The notes under the pieces: model-generated
Seen by the model: only the letters and a program-made list of their open reading frames with translations
Database searches by the model: none
Told to the model about the DNA's origin: nothing
Origin: Malacoraja senta
Taxonomy: Eukaryota
DNA: 64,000 nucleotides
Direction of reading: 5' to 3'
NCBI GenBank assembly: GCA_038087875.1
Contig: CM075991.1
Coordinates: 5,580,001 to 5,644,000 of the forward strand
Part shown: one piece after another, positions 1 through 11,809 of the stretch
Layout: each line of letters opens with the position of its first letter
Position numbering within the stretch: position 1 is the stretch's first letter
Program-made: the position numbers and the translations under genes

Positions 1-607
1 CATCTTAGAACTCCAGTCTATTATTATCTACATCTAACTTTTCTAAGTCAAATGAAACCCCCTGCACATGTGCTTCTTCTAAAAAGTATTACTTCAGGGG
101 CAGGCCCCTGCATAAGGGGAAGAAATTCACTGACTCAGATGACCACATAAGGTTGAAACTCACTGCCCCCAATCACTTTATGCACATCAGTCAGAAAACA
201 TTTCACCCTGTACCAGTTTCATCTCATTGTTGAAGGAGAATGCCGATGTCCTTTTGACCTCTGCACATATTGAACAAAATAGTCTACAGTATGCCCATTC
301 TTACGTGCATAAAATAAATAAAAACTGAAGGTTACACAGTCTATCGCAACAAGCAGTATTGTATTTTTTTAAGTGTCCCTCATCACTACATCTAAGCAAT
401 TTACTGAAGTGTTTAGGCGAGAATTATTTTGAGATAAGGTTTTAATTAACATACAGTAAATCCCAGAACATTGAAGTGAAGGAAAACTTAACAACTGTAG
501 AATGTTATGAGCTATTCAACATGTTCAGTCTTATTGGCAATTTTACAACTTGTCTTGCTGGCCTTTTAAATAATCGATTCATCCCCTTTCGCTGCAGTCA
601 GAAAAGC

Positions 608-840
608 GTCACGGATGGTACAGTAGTGAAGCAGGAGAGTTGCTGCCTAACAGTGCCAGAGACCCAGGTTCGATCCTGGCTACGGGGTGCTGTCTGTACG
701 GAGTTTGTACGTTCTCCCTGTGACCATGTGGTTTTCTCCAGGTGCTCCAGTTTCCGTCCACATTTCAGGGACGTGCAGGTTTGTAGGTTAATTGGTTTCT
801 ATAAACTGTCCCTACCGTGTAAGATAGAATTAGTGTACAG
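608..840 (+). mobile_element. tRNA-derived V-SINE (HE1-like)
   Basis: Box-B-like GGTTCGATCC followed by V-domain-like 'gtacggagtttgtacgttctccctgtgacc...tccagtttccgtccaca'; similar copies elsewhere in the window. Confidence 0.75.
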
Positions 841-1089
841 CTGTTCATTTAGCATCTGAATGTGTAGGCAGGTGTCCAGTTCATGAATGGTGATTAAACT
901 ATGAAACTAGGTGTTGTGCACTCAAAATATGTGCAGATTGAATAGAAAATGATATCAGTGTGAAATGGCAAGAGTTGAATGTGCATTATTGGTTTTGTGC
1001 ACATTTCAATGTAAATTCATTTTCAAGCCAACATTTGAAACATAAAAATTCATCTCCATGCCTTTTCTATGAGGAGTCCTCACCACCCT

Positions 1090-1315
1090 GTGATAACCCT
1101 TTCTCCCATCTCCAATGGTCTTCCTGCTCTTGAACTCCCCCGGATGGCCTTCTATCTACCCTCTTTAGACCTTTTCTATAACCAGTGTGAAGAAGGATCT
1201 CAACTGGAAACATCACCCATCCATTTTCTCCAGAGATGCTGCCTGACCCATCATGTTACTCCAGCACTTTGTGTCTATCTTCGGTATACTAGCATCTGGA
1301 GTTCCTTTCTACACA
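1090..1315 (+). mobile_element. Penelope-like element 3'/pLTR fragment (decayed)
   Basis: Ends in 'ttctccagagatgctgcctgaccc...ttactccagcactttgtgtcta', shared with the GIY-YIG-bearing element at 16136-17120. Confidence 0.6.
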
Positions 1316-2783
1316 TTTAAAACATTTCTGCAGGACAGATTTTTTTTTGTATTATCTGAAGATTTATACATGTTTGGTGAGTAAACAGCTTTCTCTCCAT
1401 ATTTTTGAAATCTCTTTTTCTCTTCAGCTTTCCCTCATTACCCATTTTTAATCTTGCCGCTGGTTTGTTTCTTCCTTACTGGGCCAGGTAGATGTGCAAT
1501 ACTGCTGTCATGATTAAACCATTTCTCATCTCATTAAATGAGAATTTGTTCCCAGCCAATAGTTTAGAGAGGCTAATAACATCAACAAAACCATGGCAGT
1601 TTTCTGCTCAGTTAACTCATTTACAGGCAAATGATGATCTGCTGATTTCTCCCCTTAATTCCTAAAGAGTGAAATGCAAGCTTCTTGGCAATGACGGAGC
1701 CTCGTTAGCAAGTCTCGTTATGATGTCGTTTTGTGCTGGGGTATCTTGTGGTCTGAGCGCTGCTGAATGGAGCAAAGAAATTTAGTGGTGCTTGTGAAAT
1801 ACCAGGAACTGCTCTGGATCTTAGCGGTAACACTATATCCTTCCACAGTCTGTAAGCCTGTTGACATCTTTGTTTATCTCTAGCTGCCATCATCTTAAAA
1901 AATGCCTTTAAAATTCATTCAAATAGAATCCATTTGAGCTGAAACAATAAAAAATTAGTAAGTAGTGTACGAGAAGCTTCTGTTGAGGCTCAACGAAAAT
2001 GGATCGACGGAGATAGGTGGATTGTAAATAGTATCATGGACTGTTGTGTAAAATACAGCATTTCAGGGTCGGTATTTTTTAATATTTATTCATTGTCCAA
2101 CAGTCTGCTTTTGTTTCTTCTATTACACTGCAAGAGCTATGACCAAAGTAATGATCAGAGGTTTTTTATCTACAGATGCACACAATGCAACCTGCTGGTT
2201 CTGGGAACATGAGACTGTTGAAATAGATTTTTGTGCAAATTGTCTTGAAAATAATCTAAAATAATGAGGTTAATAAACTCTCCAACATATCAATATACGC
2301 ATTTTGTATTTTCGATAATCCATCAAATGCTAGTTCACTGACTTACTTTCCACATTCTCAATTCTTTCCTGCAGTTCCCTGCTCACAGCTGACACTTGTT
2401 GTCAGATTGTGTCTGATACTATAAGACTTTTACATCCAGAATTCATGCGTACACATGCTTTTGCTTTTGTTCTTTACTGACATGGTGCAGAAGCAAACAT
2501 CAGCAGCTCCTTTGAAAATGGATACATAATCAGCCACTTCATAACATCAAAACAATCAGTGACAAAACTGCAACTTATTTCACAGTGGCCTAATTTTGCA
2601 ATAGCTCATCTTGAAATAAAATCGAGTATGAATTGTGTTCAGATTTTGTGAATAATAAAGCATCACAATTGTCAGTGCAAATGCCTGTGCTCAATCAGTG
2701 TAGGGATCTGAAAAGAAAGGAAGGCTGTTGCGACATTGGAAAACAAAGACAAGGATTTTGAAATCAATGCAATGAAAGTAGAG

Positions 2784-2967
2784 AGCGAGTCAGGCAGCAT
2801 CTCTAGTGAGAAAGAATGGGTGACATTTCGGGTCGAGACCCTTCTTCAGACTGAAGGGTCTTGACCCGAAACGTCACCCATTCCTTCTCTCCAGAGATGC
2901 TGCCTAACTCTCTGAGTTACTCCAGCATTTTGTGTCTAAAATCCAGCATCTGCAGTTCTTTCCTACA
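2784..2967. mobile_element. Mini Penelope-derived element with inverted pLTR arms
   Basis: Inverted arms at about 2788-2845 and 2854-2910; 14-bp TSD caatgaaagtagag at 2770-2783 and 2968-2981. Confidence 0.75.
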
Positions 2968-3255
2968 CAATGAAAGTAGAGGATATGTTATGGAATGATA
3001 GATGAGCAGGAATCTTGCCAAGTTAAAGGAGCATTTATAAATGCAATATTTAGTTGATATGTTACATTGTGGGTAACAGTGCATGAGGTTGTAAAAGTTC
3101 AGTACAATTGAGGCATAAATTGGAATTAAGATGAGAAACATGAAAAGCAAAGCTGGATTTTTCTTCATGCAAGCTTTCTTAGAAATAGCACCCAAGTGGC
3201 CATTCATAGAGCCAGTTGAAACTGAAACAGAATACACTTAAAATAAGAAAGTATC

Positions 3256-3631
3256 TTTTTTTTTTTTGGAAAATATTTTTTATTGGAGATAAGTACATAA
3301 CATATTAACATCATTACCAGTCTTGTATTTTTAAATTGATAATATTGTCAATTATTATTACATTGTCTCCAATACCTTTTGCCTTTTTTTGTTTTTTTTA
3401 AACTAGATAGAACTAAAAAGATAGATGAAGTAAAGAAAGAAAAGAGAGAGAAGAAAAGAGAGAGAAAGAAAAAAAAAAAGAAAAAAAAGAAAACAGAAAA
3501 GAAAAAGATAGTTAAAGAAGAATGGAAAAATTTATTAAGATAAAAAACTTTGTTTGAGATATATTCGTACATTTCAGAGTATAACATTTCATATTTAAAT
3601 GTATGAGAGGACATTTAAAGTATATATATAT
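3256..3631 (-). mobile_element. Probable L1-clade LINE 3' UTR/poly(A) fragment
   Basis: Poly-T plus tttatt (AATAAA on minus) and a purine-rich tract, same architecture as 42083-42440; degenerate flanking repeat ataagaaagtatct/ataagaaaagagct. Confidence 0.45.
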
Positions 3632-4499
3632 ATAAGAAAAGAGCTTGGAAATCAGATGGATGCATTGGGCTTACTCTTACAGTAAACTATTAAAATAAAA
3701 TTCAAGAATACGGTTGCATTTCGTAAAATTTACCTCAATTTTTCCCCCTGCTGCAATTGGTATAATTATCAATTTCTTCAATGTTTAAGAGAGGTAAAAT
3801 GTCATATAACTCAATCTAACCATACTATTAATATTTGTAGAAGGTTGCTACATTATCCTATCAAATAGGTTTAGGTTTATTATTGTCACGTGTGCCGAGG
3901 TACAGTGAAAAGCTTTGCTTTGCATGCTATCTAATCAAATCAGATATTACTATAGATAAATATAATCAAGCCAAACGTAAATAGGCAGTGAAGGGAGCTA
4001 CAGTGTGAAGAATATAGTTCTGTGTCCACAATGAAAGTCCAATCAATATTTTGTTATATAATTTTTTTGTCATTCACAGGATGTGACAATCACTGGTAAT
4101 GCTACCATTTATTGTTTATTCCTATTTGTTGGGTGAATTGAGGAGGCAGATTACAATTACATTGGTACACACTGGAAGGGTCAAAAAGGAAAATATCTTT
4201 CCTGGCAAAAAGTAATACAAGGAACCAAAATTCTACTGATCAATGTTTAACCCTTCCTAAATAAACACAATGTTATTTATTATATCCCTCAGCAAATATT
4301 AAAAGGAATATCTTGCCCTCCTAATATTGCAGTGAGCAGCTGCATTACATGCATTATTTTACCATTCATTTATGGTATGTGGGCCTCACTGACCAGGCCA
4401 TTATTTATTAGCTATTTCTAACTGCCTTTGAGCAATGTGGTAGTGAGACAAGTAGAGGGGTCCCAGATTCAGAATATGCATTGTGCTGTTAGCTCATCA

Positions 4500-4782
4500 G
4501 AGATGCTTAAGGCGATGGTGGAAAGATTTTATAGGAATCTGAGGGGTAACTTTGTCACACAAAGGGTGGTGGGTGTATGGAACGACCTGCTGGAGGAGGT
4601 AGTTGAGGCAGGGACTATCACAACGTTTAAGAAAGAATTAGACAGGTACATGGACAGGGCAGGTTTAGAGGGGTATGTGTCAAATGCAGGCAATTGGCAC
4701 TAGTATAGATAGGACAGGTTGCTCTGTGTGAGCAAGTTGGGCTGAAGGGACTGTTTCCACACTGTATGACTCTATGACTCTA
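4500..4782 (+). mobile_element. CR1/HER1-type LINE 3' end
   Basis: Encodes 'FVTQRVVGVWNDLLEEVVEAGTITTFKKELDRYM'; tatgactctatgactc tail. Confidence 0.8.
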
Positions 4783-5741
4783 CACTTGTGAAACAAATCC
4801 AAACTAGCTTCCCCCCAAACACTGTTAGCCTCATCACAGACATGTTCTCTCTATAAGAATGGAAATCTCTCATAATGGTTTTAAAATGAAATCTACTTTT
4901 GTGAATACCACTCTGAAAAATAAACATCGCTCCATATGTTTAAGTGGGTTACAATCTGTGTCAGTCTTACTATTTGGAAATGTTACCAGTAACAGCTCGC
5001 TGCTGGAGTTACATTGTGAATAGCACAATTCAAGTTGCCATAGACTACAAGACAAGATAGGCTGTGTTGTGCATGATAAAATACATTACATTAGTTAATT
5101 TCTGGTGTTGAGGCAAGTGAGCACAATGCAATCTCATTATAAATGTAAATAGAGAAATTTAGAGCAGGTAAAACATGGTACATGTGATAATGGAAGTTGA
5201 TATGGATGAACAGAAAAATACACAGAGATTTGTGTTTTAATAAGATACAGTCAGATACAGAACTGCAGTATTTTGCAAGGTGTTTTGCTTTTGAAGCCAC
5301 TTTTCTATTGGAAGTGATAGGAAACTGGTTTGCAACTGACTTGATGTTGGGGTGAGATGAAGTCGTGGAGAGGTTGGGTTGAGGGAATGAATTTCTCTTT
5401 AGCTTCTTGTGGCAGCTGGAATGAAACTTGAAGATGCCAAGGAAGCACAGTCAGTACATGTAGATCATAAGGGGATGAGTTGAAGATAGGGAGGAGCTTT
5501 GGAAGAGAACTAATAGCTAGAAGTGCATTATACTTACATTTTGCCTGAGATTGTATTCAACTTATGAATATGTTGGTACAGATGTTTAAATTCTTATATT
5601 TTTGTTGCAATAAGTGGGTTAATTATTTTCAAAAATTGCAATCGAAAGAATTTTATACAAATTAATTCCAACAGTTTATAATATGATTTCTTCTCCATTC
5701 TTCGTCCATGTTTTGCTAAAATCAAATGTGGCTATTTTAAC

Positions 5742-5908
5742 ACGGAGACACAAGAGACTGCAGATGCTGGAATCGGGAGCAACAAACCATCTGCTGGAGA
5801 AACTCAGCAGGTTGAGCAGCATCTGTGGAGGGAAAGGGTTGGTCGACGTTGTGGGCCCGCAGATGCGGCTCAACTTGCTAAGTTCCTCCTGCGGATTGCT
5901 TATTGCTC
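5742..5908. mobile_element. Short Penelope-derived element
   Basis: 'actgcagatgctggaatc...gaaactcagcagg' motif with inverted internal arms; flanked by ctattttaac/ctactttaac. Confidence 0.55.
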
Positions 5909-6419
5909 CTACTTTAACATAATTAGTATTTGTCTTTATACAAAGCTTGTTGTCAGAAGTGTGATAACTGTAAATATGATCATTACAACACTTGCCTATG
6001 GCCATTAAGGGGACTGGTACACAAAAGATTTGTGCAGGTTTGATGTAATTGCAAGATGTTAGCAGCAATTAAAATATATATTTATGTTTCAATTAAATCA
6101 GGTCATAATAATTCGCCAAACACACCCTGTGGTATCTTGTGGTGATTTCGTACCCATTTCCAATGGGAGGGAATAGATAGTCACATTGCAGTGATGATTA
6201 CTCCATTACATTGCATGAATAATACCGAGTTACACTCAAATCTGTCTTGTCATTTGTGAATGCACTTCAGACAACACAGAGTGTTCAAAACAAGATCTTT
6301 GTGTAAATCAGGTGACACTGGCCTTTGATTAATATTATCCTGTTACATATTAAGATGCTTATGGTGGGGGGTCCAGCAATTAACGGCATTGAATTTATCA
6401 GGCTCTGCCTTGCTCATTG

Positions 6420-6960
6420 CCAGACATATTTGTGCCGCAAATGTTAGTTTCCACATATCTGCTCTGTATAGGTCTTGCGGAATATAGTTGCTTTAGTTAC
6501 GGAGGAAGGACGAATGACATTGAGCAGTGTTCAATCATCAGCGAACATTCGCACCCTTTATGAAATCGTTCATGAAGCAGCTGAAGATGGATGTGTCAAG
6601 ATCAGTGTCCTGAGGAACTCACACTAAAGTCTTGGGCCAGGGATGATTGACCTCCAACGGGTACAAACTTCCTTCTTATGCGAGGCGTGACTCCAACCAC
6701 TGAAGTGCTTTCCCCTTGATGCCCACTGACTTTAGTTTTATGGGTGTTGTCCAATGCCACACTCAATCAAAAGCTGCTTTTGAGGTCGAGGGCAGCCAGC
6801 CTCACATCCTGACTGCAATTTAGTTCTATCATCCGTATGTGGATCCAGGCTGTGAAGAGGCATGGCCAATACTGGAGCTCACATATTCATTACTGGGCTG
6901 GGATACTATTTAGTCCCATAGCCTTTGCCATATTGAGTGCTGCCACACATTTTTTTGCTA
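6420..6960 (-). mobile_element. Old CR1/L2-group LINE RT fragment
   Basis: Minus strand reads a decayed 'VPQD..L..SIFSCFMND' RT motif; related copy at 28550-29180. Confidence 0.5.
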
Positions 6961-7030
6961 TCACTTGGGATTGGCTGAAGACTGGTTTACATGTTTGGAA
7001 GACTCTCAGGAAGAAGTCGTTGAATCATCT

Positions 7031-7196
7031 CTCTTCCCCCCCCCCCCCCCCCCGACTCTCAGTCTGAAGAAGGGTCTCGATCCGAAACGTCACCCATTCC
7101 TTCTCTCCAGAGATGCTGCCTGTCCCGCTGAGTTACTCCAGCATTTTGTGTCTATCTTCGGTTTAAACCAGCATCTGCAGTTCCTTCTTGCACATC
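7031..7196 (+). mobile_element. Mini Penelope-derived element with hammerhead-core motif
   Basis: ctgaaga-agggtctcgatcc-gaaac-gtc at 7064-7091; TSD aatcatct at 7023-7030 and 7197-7204. Confidence 0.7.
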
Positions 7197-7254
7197 AATC
7201 ATCTTTTCAGCATTTCTGAACAAATACAGTGACGCTGCTTCAGCTGGACATTCG

Positions 7255-7416
7255 CAATGTGCTGGGCACTGCCACCATTCAGGATGGAATATACTTGGCA
7301 CCTACTCCTCAAGGCACCTACTCCTCAAGGCACCTACTCCTCAAGGCACCTACTCCTCAATGTGCTGGGCACTGCCACCATTCAGGATGGAATATACTTG
7401 GCACCTACTCCTCAAG
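7255..7416 (+). repeat. Compound tandem duplication (two 59-bp copies plus four 16-bp units)
   Basis: ggcacctactcctcaa x4 at 7297-7360; 59-bp copies at 7255-7313 and 7358-7416. Confidence 0.95.
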
Positions 7417-7920
7417 AGTCATGCTGTCAAGAGTGTTTTATTGTCATATGTCCAAAAACAGACGATGAAATTCTTATTTGCAGTAGCCCAGCAGATATGT
7501 AAACATGTTCAAGAAGGAACTGCAGATGCTGGAAAATCGAAGGTAGGCAAAAGTGCTGGAGAAACTCAGCGGGTGCAGCAGCACACAGTACTCAGTAGAC
7601 ACCATTAGTAACCACAAAATAAAGTTCAATATATAAACAGAAACACATAATAATGCAAGGACAAAAACAAGTCCCTGGTACAATCAAGGCAGTTTGCAGT
7701 TTGGAATTTATTTGGAGTTCGCCGTGTTTATTCTCCTGATGGTTGTTGGGAAGAAGCTGCTCCTGAATCTTGATGTTACAGTTTACGAGCTCCTATACTT
7801 TCTTCCCGCTGGCAGGAGTGAAATGAGAGTGTGGCAAGGGCGGTGTGGGTCCCTGATGATGCTGCTGCATTTTTGAGGCAGCGCTTCCTGCAGACCCCTT
7901 CGATGGTGGCGAGATCAGTA
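7412..7920 (-). mobile_element. Rex1/Babar-like LINE 3' end with a nested Penelope fragment (about 7502-7581)
   Basis: Minus strand ends 'gacaataaaacactcttga' with an upstream 'LPAGRKYRS' ORF C-terminus. Confidence 0.55.
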
Positions 7921-8325
7921 ACTGACAGACTCCCATTAGCTCATGGATGCATCTTGGTTGGCATGGATGAATTTGTCCAAAGAGTCTGATTCAGTGTTGT
8001 ATGACTCGGTGACTCTAGCTATTTAATTGCTCGCCAACATTTATAACTTCAAGTGTGAGCAACTCTGCAGAGTTTTGATCAGATCAGTGAGTTGTGAACT
8101 CCCTTAGCTCTATCATTTAAAATTCTACAAAATGTACAGTAAATTGCACTTATTCTTGTTCACACTCGTCAATTTTTGAATGCTTACCCCTATTTCTAAA
8201 TTGTCCACAAGTCTGTCCTTCCTTGTTTCCATATTCTTCCTCCACCCCGAAAAAAATCTTGATCCCTAATTTTAATCGGCCCTCCTAACTGGAGGACGTA
8301 TGTTTGAGGTGAGGGGCCATCATGA

Positions 8326-9742
8326 TTCAATAGGAACCTGAGGGGTAACTTTTTTTTAATACAAAGGGTGGTGGGTATATGGAATGAGCTGCCGGAAAGG
8401 AGGTAGTTGAGGCAGGTAGTTGAGACATTTGGACAGGTACATGGCATTTGATAAGGTCCCACATAGGAGATTAGTGGGCAAAATTAGGGCACATGGTATT
8501 GGGGGTAGAGTTCTGACATGGATAGAAAATTGGTTGGCAGACAGGAAACAAAGAGTAGGGATTAACGGGTCCCTTTCAGAATGGCAGGCAGTGACTTCTG
8601 GGGTACCGCAAGACGGTGCTGGGACCGCAGCTATTTACAATATACATCAATGATTTGAATGAAGGGATTCAAAGTAACATTAGCAAATTTGCAGATGACA
8701 CAAAGCTGGGTGGCAGTGTGAACTGTAAGGAGAATGCTATGAGAATGCAGGGTGACTTGGACAGTTTGGGGAAGTGGGCAGATGCATGGCAGATGAAGTT
8801 TAATGTGGATAAATGTGAGGTTATCCACTTTGGTAGCAAAAACAGGAAGGCAGATTACTATCTAAATGGCGTCATGTTGGGAAAAGGGGAAGTACCATGA
8901 GATCTGGGGGTCCTTGTTCATCAGTCTATGAAAGTAAGCATGCAGGTACAGCAGGCATTGAAGAAAGCGAATGGCATGTTGGCCTTTATAACAAGAGGAG
9001 TTGAGTATAGGAGCAAAGAGGTCCTTCTGCAGTTGTACAGAGCCCTAGTGAGACCACACCTGTAGTATTGTGTGCAGTTTTGGTCCCCTAATTTGAGGAA
9101 GGACATTCTTGCTATTGAGGGAGTGCAGCGTAGGTTTACAAGGTTAATTCCCGGGATGGCGGGACTGTCATGTGCTGAGAGAATGGAGCGGCTGGGCTTG
9201 TACACTCTGGAGTTTAGAAGGATGAGAAGGCATCTCATTGAAACATATAAGATTGTTAAGGGTTTGGACACGCTAGAGGCAGGAAACATGTTCCCGATGT
9301 TGGGGGAGTCCAGAACCAGGGGCCACAGTTTAAGAATAAGGGGTAAGCCATTTAGAACGGAGACGAGGAAACAATTTTTCTCACAGAGAGTGGTGACTCT
9401 GCCTCAGAGGGTGGTGGAGGCAGGTTCTCTGGATACTTTCAAGAGAGAGCTAGATAGGGCTCTTAAAGATAGCGGAGTCAGGGGATATGGGGAGAAGGCA
9501 GGAACGGGGTACTGATTGGGGATGATCAGCCATGATCACGCTGAATGGTGGTGCTGGCTCGAAGGGCCGAATGGCCTACTCCTGCACCTATTGTCTATTG
9601 TTTATTGTCTATTGACAGGATAGGTTTAAAGGGATTTGAGCCAAGCACAGGCAGGTGGGACTAGTGTAGATGGGGCATATCGGTCGGCATGGGCAAGTTG
9701 AGCCGAAGGGCCTGTTTCCACACTGTATGACTCTATGACTCC
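8326..9742 (+). mobile_element. Older CR1 3' end split by a nested younger CR1
   Basis: Host 'ggacaggtacatg' at about 8443 resumes as 'gacaggataggttta' at about 9614 and ends in a tatgactctatgactc tail. Confidence 0.7.
8444..9613 (+). mobile_element. CR1/HER1 LINE, 5'-truncated RT region (frameshifts and stops)
   Basis: AFDKVPH, SGVPQ, FADDTKL, WQMKFNVDKC motifs; (attgtct)n tail. Confidence 0.92.
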
Positions 9743-10428
9743 AAGCAATTATGTTCCCAAATCTCCCTGCCATTTACCTCAGTTTTCTCCTTATTAAAAT
9801 CTAATTTTTGACCAGTTGGTTCCCAACCTGAAACATCATCTGCCCATTCCGCAGACAAATGTTGTCTGACCCACTCGGTTCCTCCAGCACTTTGTTTTTG
9901 CTCTTGACCAACACACTCTCTATTTGTGGGCTGGAGAGAAAGTTTGGCTGTTAATGTTTCTGTCCAGTGGCTTGGGATGCTTTGTTACCTTCAAATTGCT
10001 GGTTCCCGAACACAAATAAGCAGAGTGCTGTGGGATTTTTGTTGCATTGGAAAAAGGTATGTCAATGTCCTTAATTTCACCTTTCCAGTTACACTCACTG
10101 CATGAGTCACTGAAGTTGTTGTGTTTTACTTTATTCATCTGTTCAGGGTGGTACTTAGAAACTGGTGAGGGAGGTAGAGCTAACAACATTTGCAGTGGGA
10201 GAATATACCTTTAAGATTACCATAAACAGCTTTAGTTATTTTCCTTATTCTGTGAGAATTAATAAGCACACCTCCTCTTCTGGCTAAATCACTGAGCAAT
10301 CCTTGTGTCACAGGAGTGGAGGAGTATTGTGCCAGCCCAGTATTTCTTAGCTATAGGTGGTTGTGGGGGGAGTTATTGTCTGTGATGTAGGTGGCACATT
10401 AAGGGGATGGTGATCAAACATTGCTTAC

Positions 10429-10474
10429 CTGTGAGAACTGTGCCTCGAACGTCTCCAAGCTGGAGTTCTCTACC
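10429..10474 (-). other. Candidate 46-nt internal exon of an unidentified gene
   Basis: Minus strand: ctaac branch point, pyrimidine tract, tgacag|GGTAGAGAAC...CTCACAG|gtaagc; open in two frames (GRELQLGDVRGTVLT or VENSSLETFEAQFSQ). Confidence 0.35.
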
Positions 10475-11475
10475 CTGTCAGGGTGAAATAAGGAGGAACA
10501 GTGATAACAAAAAAAATGTTAGAACTTCATATTAAGAATACAGCTTCTAATATTACATATCCTATATGAATTTGGACTTTCCCCAGAATTTAGCATTGCA
10601 TTCATTCAAAATGTATCAGCCTTCTGGAGTAAAGGCTTCATTTGTTATCCTTTGAGAGCATTAACCATTCTTGATATAGAGAACAATAATGGAAGAAAAC
10701 TCACATTTCTCTGGCTCAACAATGAGCCTAAATCGAACATAGATTACTAATAAAGCAATAATCATCTTATGGAAAGCATATTTACAGAATGTGTGCCTAT
10801 TGCTCCATCCCTGGATACACCTTGTACCACTTTCAGCGCATCTACCAGAGGAGGGCATTACAATGGTGCACAGACTGAAGATAGTAGCACTGGGCATCCC
10901 CAACATTGAGCTAGCAATGATGGGGCATCTTGGTCAGTGTGGGCAAGTTGGGCTGAAGGGTCTGTTTCTGTGCTGTATGCCTTTATGAGAAGTATCGGCA
11001 GTCTTGAGGTGCACAAAGGCATACACCCCCTGGAGCTCGACCAATTATATCCTATGACATTCTTGCAGTTAAGGATTCAGTTAAGACCTCAGCCATCTCC
11101 CATAGCTCCACACATAGTGTAACTATCCCTAGTTACACGTTTTCTCTTAATATAGTTAAAGAATCTCTTGAAGTTCACCTTTATCTGCCAAAGATATCTC
11201 ACGTCCATGTTTTGCTCTCCCAATTTCTTTACAAGGGGAATTTAAAATGCTTTATGTTCCTCAAAGATTCACTTGATTATAGCTGCCTATACCCGACATC
11301 TGCCTCTTCTTTTTTCCTGGCCAGAGCTCAATATCCCTTGTTGTCCAGGGTTCCCTAATCCTGCTAGCATCTTCCGTCACTCTAACAGGAACATTTTGAC
11401 CCTGAAGTCTTTCTATTTCAATTTGAAAAGATTCCATTAGCCAGACATTCTTTTGGCTGCTAACAGCCTCTTCCA

Positions 11476-11735
11476 GCCCCTGCTAGCCCTTGCTGTCCCC
11501 TCCCCGTCATCAGCCCTCTGGTTGTCTCCTCCCATCCCCTAGCCCTCGGGCTCCTCCTCCGCCTTTTTCCCTTTTTTCCTTTCTTCTCCCCACCCCCTAT
11601 CAGTCTGAAGAAGGGTTTCGGCCCGAAACGTTGCCTATTTCCTTCGCTCCATAGATGCTGCTGCACCCGCTGAGTTTCTCCAGCATTTTTGTGTACCTTC
11701 GATTTTCCAGCATCTGCAGTTCCTTCTTTAACATG
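11476..11735 (+). mobile_element. Penelope-derived 3'/pLTR fragment with hammerhead-core motif
   Basis: ctgaaga-agggtttcggccc-gaaac-gtt at 11605-11632; direct repeat gcctcttcca at 11466-11475 and 11736-11745. Confidence 0.7.
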
Positions 11736-11809
11736 CCTCTTCCAATTGAGTGGATAGTAAGTGCCCTGGCTACTGTCGCCCATGTGGGGTCTTTGCAAAA
11801 GCAGAATAC

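Noticed and set aside
608..690. tRNA-like box A/B sequence
   Set aside because: Head of a V-SINE; no complete cloverleaf
1705..1893. 62-aa minus-strand ORF near an acceptor-like site
   Set aside because: Stops in all three frames shortly after the acceptor; no recognisable protein
2336..2480. Strong plus-strand acceptor (cctgcag at 2368-2374) overlapping a minus-strand gtaagt donor
   Set aside because: No convincing partner splice site or recognisable peptide on either strand
3348..3614. Phe-rich 88-aa ORF
   Set aside because: Translation of a low-complexity LINE 3' UTR tract
7297..7360. Regularly repeated 16-mers resembling a CRISPR array
   Set aside because: No spacers; a simple tandem repeat in eukaryotic DNA
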